Part shown: in pieces, positions 14,669 through 26,104 of the stretch
How the letters are laid out: each line of letters begins with the position of its first letter
Numbering within the stretch: position 1 is the first letter of the stretch
Virus record (IMG/VR): IMGVR_UViG_3300029928_000006
Location: 1 to 64,000 of that record
DNA: 64,000 nucleotides
Strand: one strand, 5' to 3'
Source: a virus
Lineage: Duplodnaviria > Caudoviricetes
Notes under the pieces: model-generated
Databases searched by the model: none
Told to the model about the DNA's origin: nothing
Seen by the model: only the letters and a program-made list of their open reading frames with translations
Translations under genes and position numbers: made by a program

Positions 14669-14703
14669 ACATTATCGGGGTTCGACTCCCCGATAGCGTA
14701 CAA
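14669..14703 (+). other. tRNA minihelix-like hairpin (12 bp plus a canonical T loop)
   Basis: ACATTAT-CGGGG-TTCGACT-CCCCG-ATAGCGT-A-CAA; 7+5 bp geometry with one A-C mismatch; no D or anticodon arm. Confidence 0.55.
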
Positions 14704-14742
14704 TTAAACATAAAATATTAACTTAGTTATAATATTATAATT

Positions 14743-15954
14743 ATGGCAAGAAGAAAGAAAAATCCATTAGGTGATTTTGAAGACGCTTTATCCTCTTTGG
14801 GATATGGTAGCCAGGAAGGTGGCGATAGCGTCACAAATATCGACAATCAAGATGTGGTTGATACGGTATTAGATGACCCTAATGATGATATTGATAATTT
14901 AGATAATCCAGACACTAATGATGTGGCTGAGGATAAAGACAAAGATAAGAATGAACCTGGTGATCCAAATGCACATGATGATAATTCGGATGTACCAGAT
15001 AATATTTTAAATAATAACACGTCCACAACAACTGATGTTAATGGCGAATAGGATGATGTTGATAACACTGTTGACGACAACACTGTTAACGATACTGATA
15101 CTAATCAGAATGTAGATCCTGGAGAAGCTGAACAAATCGGGGCTTTCTTTGACGCGTTCGCCGAAGCAAATGGTTGGTCTGTTGATGATGACGAAAAACC
15201 TAAATCTGTAGAAGATCTCGTAGAATACATCAAAGACGTAGTAGACGAGAACTCTACTCCACAATATGCTGATGATAGAATCGCACAGCTTGATCAGTAT
15301 GTAAAGAATGGCGGCAGATTTGAGGATTTCTATCAGACACAACAGAAGTCTATGTCTTATGATAATATCGACATGGAGGACGAATCTAATTAGAAGGCAG
15401 TTGTTCGCGATTATTACAAATTGCAAGGTATGAGTGACGAACAAATTAATCGTAAGATTGAACGCTATGAGGATGCCGATATGCTTGAAGACGAAGCATC
15501 CGATGCAGTAAGCTACCTTAAAGCATATGAGCAACATCAGCAAGAGATGTTATTACATCAGTAGGAAGTTCAAAGACAGCAGCAAGAACAACAGGCTGCA
15601 TAGTTTATGAATGACCTTACAACTAGTATAAACAACCTTACAAACATTAGAGGTATAGCTGTTCCAAAGGAGGATAGGAAAGCCTTATATGACTATATTA
15701 CTAGAACCGATGCTGATGGTCTAACACAATATCAAAAAGTTTTTAATGGTAACCTTATTAACAATCTAATTGAGTCAGCTTACTTTACAATGAAGGGAGA
15801 TTCTTTACTTGGTGAAGCACAACGCAATGGTCAGACATCTGCTGCAAATAAACTTAGATAGATGCTCAAACATCAAACTAAAAACCATACATCATATAAT
15901 GTTGGGCATGAGAAACAAACTCAAGCATGGGATATCGCGTCGAAATACCTATGA
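14743..15954 (+). CDS. Acidic scaffold-like protein upstream of the MCP (403 aa)
   Basis: Asp/Asn-rich N-terminus, coiled-coil C-terminus, 4 in-frame TAGs, ends at TGA; position before the capsid gene. Confidence 0.7.
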
Positions 15955-15972
15955 TGAGAAAATTAAACTATT

Positions 15973-18882
15973 ATGAATAATACAAGTTCTTTATTAAATA
16001 ATCTTCAGCTCTACCGCGGTAAGCGTTTCGCTGATTTGGTAGACGAAAACATGATCGCTAATGCAATGCTTACAAAACCTCATGAAGTAGCAGGTTTATT
16101 GTCATTAGTGTTTGGTACAAAAGATGATGGTATTTCAACTACTATCGATTTGTTAACTGGTGGTCTTGGTTCAACCATGACTATCGAAAATAGAGAGTAC
16201 GAGTGGTCTGTGATGATTGATGCTGATCACGCTGTTAATATCCGTTACGCTAAATGGAATGGTAAGGAGATTACTCCTGCTTCTATTGCAGAGGGTTTGA
16301 CTCCTGGTATTAATCAGACTCCTATTTACCTTGGTTTGGAAGAGAAATGGTTTGGTGAGTTACATAGCGCGTAAACTGTGCCACTTTATACAGTAATGTA
16401 TACCGAAAAATCCAGAGAATTGCTGGAATCTCCTAAAGAATTTTATACCCTAGAGTTATAAATAAAATTATAGATATATGAATAATATAGAAAATGGACA
16501 ATCAGCAGCCGAGCAAAGCTACTAGATGAAAGACATACCGGGATGGGAAGGTCTTTATGCATGAAGGTCTCCGTGTTGACAAAGTAGACTTGAAGGTTCA
16601 TCGACTAACCGCTAACCACGGTGTAGGGTCAAGTGACCCGAAGTACTGGAAACCCTTTCTTTAGGGTTGTGATATAGTCAATTCTTCATCGAAAGATGAA
16701 GCTGCTAGCGAGAATGCCATAGCTAGCGATTCGGAATTAACGACTCCGAGTGAATAAAAAGCCAGGCGCTATTTTGGCATTTGACAATGTAAACTTCCAG
16801 GTACGTGTAAACGGCGTTCCTTATCAGGATGGTAGCACATGGGTGTACGAGTGTTATGTAGCAGAAGGCTTCCAGGGTTCTTACATTCCTTGTGAGTACT
16901 TGCTCCCAGGCCGTCAGGTAGATCGTATTGGTTCTGCATATGAGGAGTACAGTGATGAGGCTGATATCATCAACTATCAGACTCCATTTAAGATGCGTAA
17001 CAGCTTGATGACTATGCGTCTTACTTACGATATCACTGGTGATGCTTACTCTACAGTATTGGCTATCGCTTTGACAGATCCTGAGACTGGTAAGAAGTCT
17101 TATTTGTGGTCTGATTATCAGTATTGGAAGGCTCTTCGTGAGTGGAAGAAGCGTGAGGAGAAGCAGTTGCTGTTTGCCCACTCTAACCGTAATGCAGATG
17201 GTACTTATAACTTGAAGGGTACTAATGGTCGTTTTGTTCCAATTTCTGCAGGTTTGTTCGAGCAGATTGCTCCAGCTAACGTACGTTATTATACAAAGCT
17301 TACAACTGAGTTGTTTGAGGATTATTTGTTCGATCTTTGTTACAACATCATCGGTACAAACGAGCGTAAGTTCGTTGCCTTGACTGGTGAAATGGGTTAA
17401 TTTCTAGCCCCTTATAATAGAAATATTATATAGCAAATCTATTTAATTGCTGGAAACTCTATTAAAATAATTAACTTAGATTAAAAATATTATGACGAAT
17501 ACATAGAAGTTCGATAGAAAATCAGCAGCAAAGACTTTACATAAACCATGCAAGGGTTTTGAATTTAGGTATATCGTATATATAGATGGCAACGTCTATG
17601 ATAGATATACTAAAAAGCTAGTTAAAAATAATGATGGTAAGGTTACTCTTATAGGAATAAATAATAAAGAGTACGCTATGCCAGTATAGAAAATAATAGA
17701 TTCTACATTTTGTGATCTAGACTTAACAAAGTTCGATAAAGTTAAAGATCATGAAGGGTATCTTATAAACAAAAACGGTAGTTTATATAATACGAAATCT
17801 AAACGATTTGTATCAACGACTATTAAAAACAGATATATGAGGTATAATGTAGATTGGAAAAGAAGACTGGTACACGAAGTACTAGCAGATCAATATATTC
17901 AAAACCCCAATCATTACAAAACTGTAGACCATATAGACTGCAATAAAATAAACAATAGTATTGTAAATCTAGAATGGGTTACTATGGAAGAAAATAAAAA
18001 GAGAGCTTATGATAATGGCTTAGATTATGTAATTAAAACTCTAGTGACGTTTACTAAAGGTAATGATTCTTTTACTCTATTGGGACTAGAAAATGCTAGT
18101 AGAGTATTCAATATTAAAAAATCTTGCTTATGCACAATGATAAGCAGATATGGAAATAAAGACATGGTTATTCCAAGTGGATCTATGAAAGGTTATAAAA
18201 TAACTACATAGAAGTGTAAATGTAATGTTCAACGACTATCCGATAAGGAGTAGGATCCAAGCGGATCCGATATGGTAGACATCCAATTAGGATGAAGATA
18301 TAGTCTGGTCCCTTATGAAAGTAAGGGCTCGAAAGAGGTTTAGTTTAGCGAACTAAATAAACACAAACGATTAGAGAATTCGACCGTATCCTCAAAGAGA
18401 AGGCTGCTAGCTTTAATATGATTGATACACACTTTATTACAGGTTCTGGTAACGAGTTGACTCTTGGTGGCCAGTTTACAACATATAAGATGACTAACGG
18501 TATTGAGTTGACTGTTAAGCGTTGCGCTATGTTTGATAACATGGAAATGTTCCGTCAGCTTCACCCATTAACAGGCAAGCCATTGATGTCTTACACATTC
18601 TTGTTCGTTGACCTTGGTCGTCGTGACGGTCAGGCTAACATCGTTAAGGTATGTCGTAAGGGTCGTGAGTTTGTACAGTGGTGTACTGGTGGTTCTGTAT
18701 TGCCTAACGGTTATGCAAATAACATCAATACAATGCGTTCTAACAGTCGTGATGGTTATCAGGTACACTTCCTTGGTGAAGAGGGTATCATGTTAAGAAA
18801 CCCACTGTCTTGTGGTATTCTGTACTGTGATGCTGAAGATCAGGAATCTATTGCAACTGAAAACAGAGCAGCTGAACTCTAA
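15973..18882 (+). CDS. Major capsid protein, 510 aa after splicing (exons 15973-16356, 16762-17397, 18370-18882); TAG-free
   Basis: Splicing gives EKWFG|PGAIL and TGEMG|IREFD. Position between scaffold and ring genes, size and strong codon bias fit the crAss MCP. Confidence 0.88.
16357..16761 (+). mobile_element. Group I intron 1 of the MCP gene (405 nt, no ORF)
   Basis: AATTGCTGGAA, AATCAGCAGCC, GTTCATCGACTA and GTGATATAGTC core; P3 TCCAG/CTGGA; GGGTC/GACCC helix; U at exon end and G at intron end. Confidence 0.88.
17398..18369 (+). mobile_element. Group I intron 2 of the MCP gene (972 nt) carrying an HNH homing endonuclease
   Basis: AATTGCTGGAAA, AAATCAGCAGC, GTTCAACGACTA and GAAGATATAGTC core; GGATCC/GGATCC helix; frame restored at ATT 18370. 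Confidence 0.9.
17492..18295 (+). CDS. Intron-encoded HNH homing endonuclease (267 aa in code 15)
   Basis: VHEVLA...VDHIDCNKINNSIVNLEWVTMEEN HNH motif with a NUMOD4-like segment before it. TAGs at 17504, 17687, 18209 and 18251; ends at TGA. The start codon and the extension beyond 18211 are inferred. Confidence 0.8.
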
Positions 18883-18901
18883 TATTAAATATTAAAATTT
18901 A

Positions 18902-18944
18902 CAATGTTCAACCCCGTCCTTAACTGGACGGGAGCTTGGCATTG
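18902..18944 (+). promoter_or_regulatory. Long hairpin after the MCP stop (stabiliser or attenuator-like; no U tract)
   Basis: CCCGTCC-TTAACT-GGACGGG, extended by CAATGTT.CAA/TTGGCATTG. Confidence 0.4.
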
Positions 18945-18964
18945 CAACAACTAATTGAAAAATT

Positions 18965-19717
18965 ATGGTAGTTGAATTAAAAATTAGAAAGAAAAATCCC
19001 TGGGCTGGATTATTGAAGTATAAACATTGTTTTGATTATATTGCTCCATATTATACCAGATCTGGGTCGATATACACAGGCCTAACACCTGAGGATGAAA
19101 AGAAATTCGAGAAGGAGCTTGGCTATCCAGAAGGCCACCTCGCTAAAACTTCACCATTCTGGAACACATTCTGTGTTAAAGTTGGCTCAAAGAGTACAAT
19201 CCTTGACGACTCTTTCCCACGTCAAGCTATGATTATTAAGTTCCTTGAAGGACATAAGAGAGTAGCTACATCACTTGATAAGCTTAATGCTGGTAAGGAT
19301 TATTTATTGATTAACCGTCAGGCTGAAGCTATTGAGAAGAATAAGATTAATAAGCTTCGTAGAGATGCTATTATAGCATTTGGTAAGTTGTCACTTGAAG
19401 AGATGCGCAAGTGCCTTAGATTATTTGGCGTTACAGCTGATACAATGTCAAATGAACTTGTAGAGTCTACATTGTTCTCATTAGTTGACAAACAGCCTAA
19501 GAATTTCTTTGATAAGTGGGTTAACAATAAGACAAAGGAAACTGAGTTCTTGATTGAAAGCGCTATTGCCAAAGGTATTATCCGTAAGGATAGAACACAG
19601 TATTATTATGGTTCAGAGATGCTCGCTGATTCACTGCAGGACTGTATAGCATATTTGGACGCAAAGAAAAATCAAGACTTAAAGATCTCAATCATGAATC
19701 AGGTTGAGAATAAATAA
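18965..19717 (+). CDS. Conserved crAss-like protein after the MCP (250 aa, TAG-free)
   Basis: Intact ORF with capsid-like codon usage; function not recognised. Confidence 0.75.
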   Translation: MVVELKIRKKNPWAGLLKYKHCFDYIAPYYTRSGSIYTGLTPEDEKKFEKELGYPEGHLAKTSPFWNTFCVKVGSKSTILDDSFPRQAMIIKFLEGHKRVATSLDKLNAGKDYLLINRQAEAIEKNKINKLRRDAIIAFGKLSLEEMRKCLRLFGVTADTMSNELVESTLFSLVDKQPKNFFDKWVNNKTKETEFLIESAIAKGIIRKDRTQYYYGSEMLADSLQDCIAYLDAKKNQDLKISIMNQVENK

Positions 19718-19731
19718 TAAACTAACGACGT

Positions 19732-20454
19732 ATGACGCATAGGGATATTTATACTAAGTTTATGATTGGATATGATAAGGCCAACATTACCTCATCATAT
19801 CCATCAATGACTAAATACGAGATTGCTACAATACTCGATAAGGCATACTTAGCTCTTATAGCTCAAAAATACACAGGAAATAATACAAGAAGACAGTCTT
19901 TTGAATCGGATATAAAAGCAATTGAAGATTTATAGCCACTGATTAAACAGCTTGTTATCACCGGTAATAAGCAAGGGGACAACTGTTATAAATTTAGTAC
20001 TGCAAGTGCTAAAATTTAGTATATAGTTGATCTATCGTTAACGATATAGAATAAACCTACGTCACAAGATGACAGCGATCATAACATTATTCCTGTTGAT
20101 ATTGTTAGTCATGAAATAGCCAAACGATTTAAATCAACAATAAATAACATGCCTTGGATAAATGAGCCGGTTGGATGTGTAGAAGGCAATTCTATATTAG
20201 TATATGTCGATCCATATATAGCTAAGCTTAATAAAGATTAGAGTACACTGGATGTTAGATATATACAAACACCTAAAAAGTTTACAGTAGGCTCAGGTTT
20301 ATCTGAAAACGATTATGACTTTGGGGATACAGTTTTCGAACTATCCGATTCAATGGCAGAAGAGTTAATTAATTTGGCTATAATTATGTCTACTGAGATT
20401 GTGGAATCTAGTAGATTAACAAGTAAGATTAATACTAGACCGCTAGAATCATGA
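19732..20454 (+). CDS. Head-tail ring/adaptor protein (240 aa)
   Basis: SFESDIKAIEDL, RYIQTP and ELINLA motifs shared with the next two genes; TAG read-through; ends at TGA. Confidence 0.7.
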
Positions 20455-21218
20455 CAAAAGAATAGACTAGACAATTAGGTATTGAGTTTGAGCGTAGATT
20501 AATTGAAATTAATCCTGCATTTGCTAGGGAGGCTAAACTTGATACTGATACTATATATTCGATCTTAAGCGAATATTAGACGCAGTATGTAACTACTGCA
20601 TATATTGCTGAAGACCAGATTCAAAGTGGTACTAGGCAATCTAAAAGAATTGGCGATGTTATTAAATCTATGACAAAGCACGAGGTGATTAAACCTTAGC
20701 TTGCTAATCCTGACTCCGATACATATTCAAATACATTTAGGATACCTTAGGATTACTACATGTATGTTAGAAGTAATAGCATTGTAGATAAGAATTACAA
20801 ATCTGATAAGAAACTAAAAGAACAAGCTATAACACCAAACGTTAGTATCAAACAAGATGACGTCCCAAATGTTATATCATCGTTCTATAACAAGAATGGT
20901 ATTATCGCAAATCCTTTAGTTGTATTAGAAAGCTTAAACTTTGATAATCAATACATAAAGGTTATACATGATTAGTACACAAATATAGTAGGGCTTGACC
21001 TAGTATATTATTGTTACCCTTACAGATTTAATTTGACTAAGTTTGATGATAAAGACATGTCCTTTGGTGCTACACATAGTTATTGTTAGCTTCCTTTCGA
21101 TTGCTTCGATGAGCTTGTACAAGGCGCTGTAGACATGTATATACAACAGTATAAATACAAACTAGCTAGTAATTCTAGTAAACAACCACGCAAATCTAAT
21201 TAGGAGGATAATCAATGA
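20451..21218 (+). CDS. Head-tail ring/adaptor protein paralogue (255 aa)
   Basis: ATGA overlap; EFERRLIEI, LDTDTIYSIL and ELVQGAV motifs; interrupted only by TAG. Confidence 0.68.
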
Positions 21219-21910
21219 CGTATATAAATATACTCGAAAACTTCGAAAGAGAGATAAATAAATTACACGACGCAGTAGGCAAACCATCTACTGACGACTC
21301 TTTATTCTGGCTTAATTAGAGTGTAGCGAAGTTTGTTAAACTTAGATTTAATAGAGATCCTGTACATAGTACATCTTACGAACAAAACGAGAAACGTAGG
21401 AATGATCTTATTAACTTATACAATAAGAAAGAATATACATGGTTAGACATGAATAAAAATACTGATGAACCATTATATAACTCTTACGAAATAGAATACC
21501 CTGATAATTTTATGTTCGCACTTAGTGAAGACGTTGTTATTTCAGATAATAATAATGAGCATAAAATGAACACCTGTGTATTTGAATGCACAGCAGATAG
21601 TTTTATGTACAGGGTTACAAACAGTTTGACCGACTTCCATTATAGGTATCATAGAGCTAGGCCTCTACGAGTTAGAAATAACAATGGTTGTTCACTCCTT
21701 ACAGACAAGGAGTATAAGATATTTAAGTATACTTTAGGTTATCTACGTAAACCAAAAGAGATTACATTAGATAGACCATTTGAAGAGTATACAGACTTTG
21801 AGGATGTTATTATGCCAGAGATAATTAAAATGGCAGCTTAGATGTACTTGGAAAACAGGAAAGATGAGCGCTATAAAACGATTACTTAGGAAGTAATAAC
21901 TCAAGAATAA
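21215..21910 (+). CDS. Head-tail ring/adaptor protein paralogue (231 aa)
   Basis: ATGA overlap; SYEQNEKRRNDL, YLRKP and EIIKMAA motifs. Confidence 0.72.
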
Positions 21911-21988
21911 TAATTTTAACGTGGAAAGCCCAGCTGGTTAGGTCCAGTATTATTATATTAGGGTGAGTAGAAAAAATTAATTTAAATT

Positions 21989-23134
21989 ATGATTACATAT
22001 GTAAATTCCGTTCTCGTATCTAATAAGAACGGTGATAAGCTTGCTACTGCAGCAGAGTTGGCCGGTAGCGCAAATAAGGATGATCTCAAGAAGTTGGTTG
22101 GTAAGTTCGTATTTATGAACTGCGACCAGGCTAAGCAGGATGGTTCTGAAATTACCGATGTTTACGAACTTGATACAAACGCTGATCGTTTTAAGGTTGG
22201 TGTTGTAACTTCTAATAGCACACAGAGAATTGCTAAGGATGGTTCTGTTGTATATATGCCAGTTGTAAAGTGGTCTAATATTATCAATGTAGCTGACATT
22301 AAGTCTGTAACAAAGCTTGATTACAAGGCTGATGCAGAAGATCAGATTACCATTGATTTCAGCAAGATCCCAGCTGAGACATTGGATATTTTGGCAGCAG
22401 GTGGTTGCCCTGTAGTGCTTCGTCTTACTTTCAAGGATATGCCTACACGCTTCCGTAAGTGGACAGAGTCTTATAGCTACGTTACCAATCCTGGTGATGG
22501 CGTAAAAGAGATTATCAATGGTCTTATCAAAGACATCGTTCGCGCTCCAAAGCGTCAGCGTGTGTACGCTAAGTATGATGCCGGCACAGATGAAGCAGCA
22601 GCTAATAAGCTCGTTCTTACAGCCATGAAGTATGATGATGACGAGGCTGCTAATACAGAGAACGTTTACGCTAAGGTTCGTTTCGATGCTAACATGTACT
22701 GGATGAATCCTCAGGCTCCAGGTTGGGCTTCTAACAACAAGTATGAGACTGGTGCCACATTCTCTAAGAAAGAGGGTACTACATATCCTGCTACAGCTAA
22801 GTTGGTACGTGATAGAGAGCGTTCTTCGTTAGACTATCAGGGTGTATTACATCGTTGCTGCTGGTTTGATCCTCAGCCTGCAATGGTAACAAATCTCGAC
22901 AACAAGTACGATGGTATTACTATCGAGTTTGAGAATGTTTATCATACAGCTGATGATTTGACTCGTAGAACTAAGCAGACTGTTGAGATTTACGCTTCAC
23001 AGAATGGCGAAGTAATTGGTTCTGATAACATCGCAGGTGGTCTTGTAGCTGCATTGCAGACTATGATTTCCGCTCGTCAGAACATTGCTAACCCAATTAG
23101 TAATGCTAACGCATACGACGAAACTAAGTTTTAA
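21989..23134 (+). CDS. Probable abundant structural protein (381 aa, TAG-free; possibly an auxiliary capsid protein)
   Basis: Intact ORF, MCP-like codon bias (cgt, aag, gct), followed by its own terminator. The specific role is a guess. Confidence 0.6.
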   Translation: MITYVNSVLVSNKNGDKLATAAELAGSANKDDLKKLVGKFVFMNCDQAKQDGSEITDVYELDTNADRFKVGVVTSNSTQRIAKDGSVVYMPVVKWSNIINVADIKSVTKLDYKADAEDQITIDFSKIPAETLDILAAGGCPVVLRLTFKDMPTRFRKWTESYSYVTNPGDGVKEIINGLIKDIVRAPKRQRVYAKYDAGTDEAAANKLVLTAMKYDDDEAANTENVYAKVRFDANMYWMNPQAPGWASNNKYETGATFSKKEGTTYPATAKLVRDRERSSLDYQGVLHRCCWFDPQPAMVTNLDNKYDGITIEFENVYHTADDLTRRTKQTVEIYASQNGEVIGSDNIAGGLVAALQTMISARQNIANPISNANAYDETKF

Positions 23135-23141
23135 TTTATAG

Positions 23142-23173
23142 CCGGGGTGGGGTCTATCCCATCTCGGTTTTTT
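23142..23173 (+). terminator. Rho-independent terminator
   Basis: CCGGGGTGGG-GTCTAT-CCCATCTCGG followed by TTTTTT. Confidence 0.8.
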
Positions 23174-23195
23174 GTTTTAAAACACATATTATAAT

Positions 23196-24491
23196 ATGCA
23201 AAAAATTAGAATTGGTAACGATGTTAGACTTAATATAACACTTAAGGGCTCACGTGTATATAATCAGTCTAGCATAAAGCAGCTCAGATGTTATTTGATT
23301 AATACTGAGTATGAGAATCTGAAAACAGATTTTCATGAGTGTAAGAATGAATATGTGCTGCATAGATGTGGGTGTCCTACGTATCATGTAATGCCATTTG
23401 GCTACCATCCTCGTCGTCCAATGCAGCTGTTTGATAAACCTGCTCCAATCGATCATAAGAAGCCATTTATGGAGTGTGATAACTTTATCGCTCCTAATGT
23501 CCCAGGGGAATGCATGTACTTAGCACCGTCTAAGGTAACATCAAAAGAAAATGGTGCTATCGTTTACTTCCCAGCAAGGGATCAAAGAATGCTTGGCATA
23601 TATAGGCTTGTAGTTTGTGTTGTTATATTCGAACCCGGATGGGGCAAAACAGAATTAAGGACATACACTATAGACTATGGTTCAGTATTAGAGCTTGTAG
23701 ATAACGAAGAAGGTGTAAGTGGTGATATAACTATAGACGTAGACACCGACTCTACCAAATACAACAAAATACTTAAGATAGAGCCTATTAATGATACGCT
23801 TACTTGTGTTGATGGAAGCATAACTAAACTTGGGGACAACGATTACTATTCTAGACCATATAATATTAGAGTATACTTGGAGAACGGTAGCTTTGTATTA
23901 TACGATCCAGATAATTGGCCTTACGAAAAGCTTACATTTACATCTAGAACAGAAAAAGCTGTTACAGTTGACGCAAATACCGGAACTATAAAAATAAACG
24001 CACTTGCATCTGGTACTTGCCCTGTAACCATTACGTCTGCAAGCGGAAATGCAACAGCAACATTTAATGTTGAAATCTATGGCGGCGACTATAATTATAT
24101 AGGGTTTGCTCCAGTTAGACCTTTCCCAAAATCAGACGAGGATGATTCTTCGATTGGATTTGATAGAGATGATGATTCATACGAATCTGACAGCCAAGAA
24201 AATATTACCGGAGTTGGAGCTGATGAGTTAGATTTAAGTGATCTTGAAAAGGTTAAGGATTTGACTATCCCAGTTAATGTTAAAAATACAACCGATGGCT
24301 ATTACTTGTGGATAGCATCTACCAAACCTATTGCTATGGCTATAGACACAAATGGTGAGAGCTATGCTACTAGTATTCCTTTAACGGCCGCACAGTTCTC
24401 TAGTAGAGATAACTTGTATTACTATGCTTGTCCAAATCCAGTAAAAGCTGATACTACGTTTGGTTCTTACATATATGTGAAATTTAAATAA
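23196..24491 (+). CDS. Virion protein with an Ig-like (Big_2-like) domain (431 aa, TAG-free)
   Basis: LTFTSRTEKAVTVDANTGTIKINALASGTCPVTITS resembles a bacterial Ig-like fold; IRIGNDVRLNITL N-terminus. Confidence 0.6.
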   Translation: MQKIRIGNDVRLNITLKGSRVYNQSSIKQLRCYLINTEYENLKTDFHECKNEYVLHRCGCPTYHVMPFGYHPRRPMQLFDKPAPIDHKKPFMECDNFIAPNVPGECMYLAPSKVTSKENGAIVYFPARDQRMLGIYRLVVCVVIFEPGWGKTELRTYTIDYGSVLELVDNEEGVSGDITIDVDTDSTKYNKILKIEPINDTLTCVDGSITKLGDNDYYSRPYNIRVYLENGSFVLYDPDNWPYEKLTFTSRTEKAVTVDANTGTIKINALASGTCPVTITSASGNATATFNVEIYGGDYNYIGFAPVRPFPKSDEDDSSIGFDRDDDSYESDSQENITGVGADELDLSDLEKVKDLTIPVNVKNTTDGYYLWIASTKPIAMAIDTNGESYATSIPLTAAQFSSRDNLYYYACPNPVKADTTFGSYIYVKFK

Positions 24492-24498
24492 TAAGACT

Positions 24499-24903
24499 AT
24501 GGAATTTATTAACGAAGTTTCTAAGGCTACGCAATATAACACCTAGTAGGTATCGGTAAGGAATGAGGATATAAAAGTATATGGAAAGCTCGTATCTGTT
24601 TCTACAGAGAACGTAATAGCTGATGCCGGTCAAATTTGGGATGATAATCTTAAGAAGAATCAGTAGGATATAAATACATCCACATCTAATAAATTTGGCG
24701 AATACTTACCGCTTGCTGGCGGTGCTATGACTGGCCCAATAACTTATGATGATACTACTAAAATAGATCATGACGAAATAAAAACTCCGTTAGTTAAGTC
24801 TGACAAATACATTCTTAACGATGGTACAGAGTCGCAGCTTTTGGCCGGTGATGGTAGTACAGCCACCCCTATAGCTGACAATATAATAAACAATTTAGAA
24901 TAA
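24499..24903 (+). CDS. Short fibre-module protein (134 aa; absent from the track)
   Basis: ATG24499, three TAGs including a tandem TAG TAG; YLPLAGGAMTG fibre motif; ends QLLAGDGS...INNLE-TAA. Confidence 0.75.
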
Positions 24904-24910
24904 CAAAACG

Positions 24911-26077
24911 ATGGCAAAATATCTTGATTTAAATGGATTAAACACCCTCTGGGGTAGAATTAAAACAGAGGATGGCAAGCGTATAGAGTCTACAGAAAAA
25001 GCCGCAAAGAATGGTGTTGCAACATTGGACGCTAACGGTTTTGTGCCACTTGTACAACTTGGTAACATCGATACAACTTTTATTGAAGTAGTAGAAACTC
25101 TTCCTACAACTAATATTGGGAAACACTTATACCTCGTTGTTGATTCTGACGCCTCTGGTGTTAATCAGAACAAGTACGCAGAATACGTTTACACAGGAAC
25201 CCTTCCTATCAATAGTACTAATAAATACGATGCCTCTAAGTGGGAGAAGCTTGGCGATTTCCAGGCTAATATAGATTTGAAGGACTATGCTAAAAAATCT
25301 TGGGCTATGAAGGGTATAGGCTTAGATACTGATACAGATTCAGTTACTATCAGATCTATGTCGATTACAGACACTCAGCTTGATACTGATACAATCAAAG
25401 CTGCAACATCTGAAAAAGCTGGTGTTATGGCAGCTACAGATAAGAAAAACCTTGATAGACTTATTGCTGATACATACCCATTTAGCATCGGTGGTATTTC
25501 TAATACATCTGGTGGTACACTAGAAAAAGGTACTACTAAAACATTTGATATTAACTGGTGGTATCATAACATTGATTACAACCCAATCAAATCTCAGGTT
25601 CTTAGTGGCGGTTCTTTAACAGGAAATGTTACTGTAGCAAACGGTACGACTAAATATACTGTATCTAATTTAACAGATACCACTAAAGATAGTGCTAAGA
25701 CATTCGCATATAAGCTTACAGCCGTGGGCGGTTCTACTACAAAAGATGCTACTACTTATGTAACATTCGTTCACAGAAGTTATGCTGGTGCTGTAGCCGC
25801 TTCTAAGACATCTTTGACTGCTGATGATATCAAAGCTCTCACCAACACTGCTGTTATAAATAGCAAGTCTAGAACAGTTTCTATTACACAGAACAACCAG
25901 AAGATTGCTTATTGCTACCCAGCTTATCTTGGTAACCTTACTTCTATTAAGGATGGTAACGGATTCCAAGGATTTGCAGGCTATACAAAATCTACAGTCG
26001 ATGTTGATGGTGTTACTTATAATGTTTACTTGCAAAACGTGGAAGCTACTTCTACTGGTAGTTACACTTTCGCTTAA
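24911..26077 (+). CDS. Fibre protein (388 aa, TAG-free)
   Basis: KYLDLNGLNTLW start, KNGVATLDANG and AATSEKAGVMAATDK fibre motifs, beta-rich C-terminal domain. Confidence 0.75.
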   Translation: MAKYLDLNGLNTLWGRIKTEDGKRIESTEKAAKNGVATLDANGFVPLVQLGNIDTTFIEVVETLPTTNIGKHLYLVVDSDASGVNQNKYAEYVYTGTLPINSTNKYDASKWEKLGDFQANIDLKDYAKKSWAMKGIGLDTDTDSVTIRSMSITDTQLDTDTIKAATSEKAGVMAATDKKNLDRLIADTYPFSIGGISNTSGGTLEKGTTKTFDINWWYHNIDYNPIKSQVLSGGSLTGNVTVANGTTKYTVSNLTDTTKDSAKTFAYKLTAVGGSTTKDATTYVTFVHRSYAGAVAASKTSLTADDIKALTNTAVINSKSRTVSITQNNQKIAYCYPAYLGNLTSIKDGNGFQGFAGYTKSTVDVDGVTYNVYLQNVEATSTGSYTFA

Positions 26078-26104
26078 TATTAACCTTTTAAAATTTAAAA
26101 AGAT

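Noticed and set aside
14669-14703. A complete tRNA gene or a prophage attachment site at the TTCGACT hairpin
   Set aside because: There is no D arm or anticodon arm, the upstream sequence is coding, and no integrase or duplicated att core is in the window. Kept only as a minihelix mimic.
21918-21972. Possible structured leader (GCCC/GGGT, CTGG/CCAG, GAA/AGTA loop-E-like) before the 381-aa gene
   Set aside because: The stems are only 4 bp and the outer closing pair is missing; it cannot be supported without homologues.
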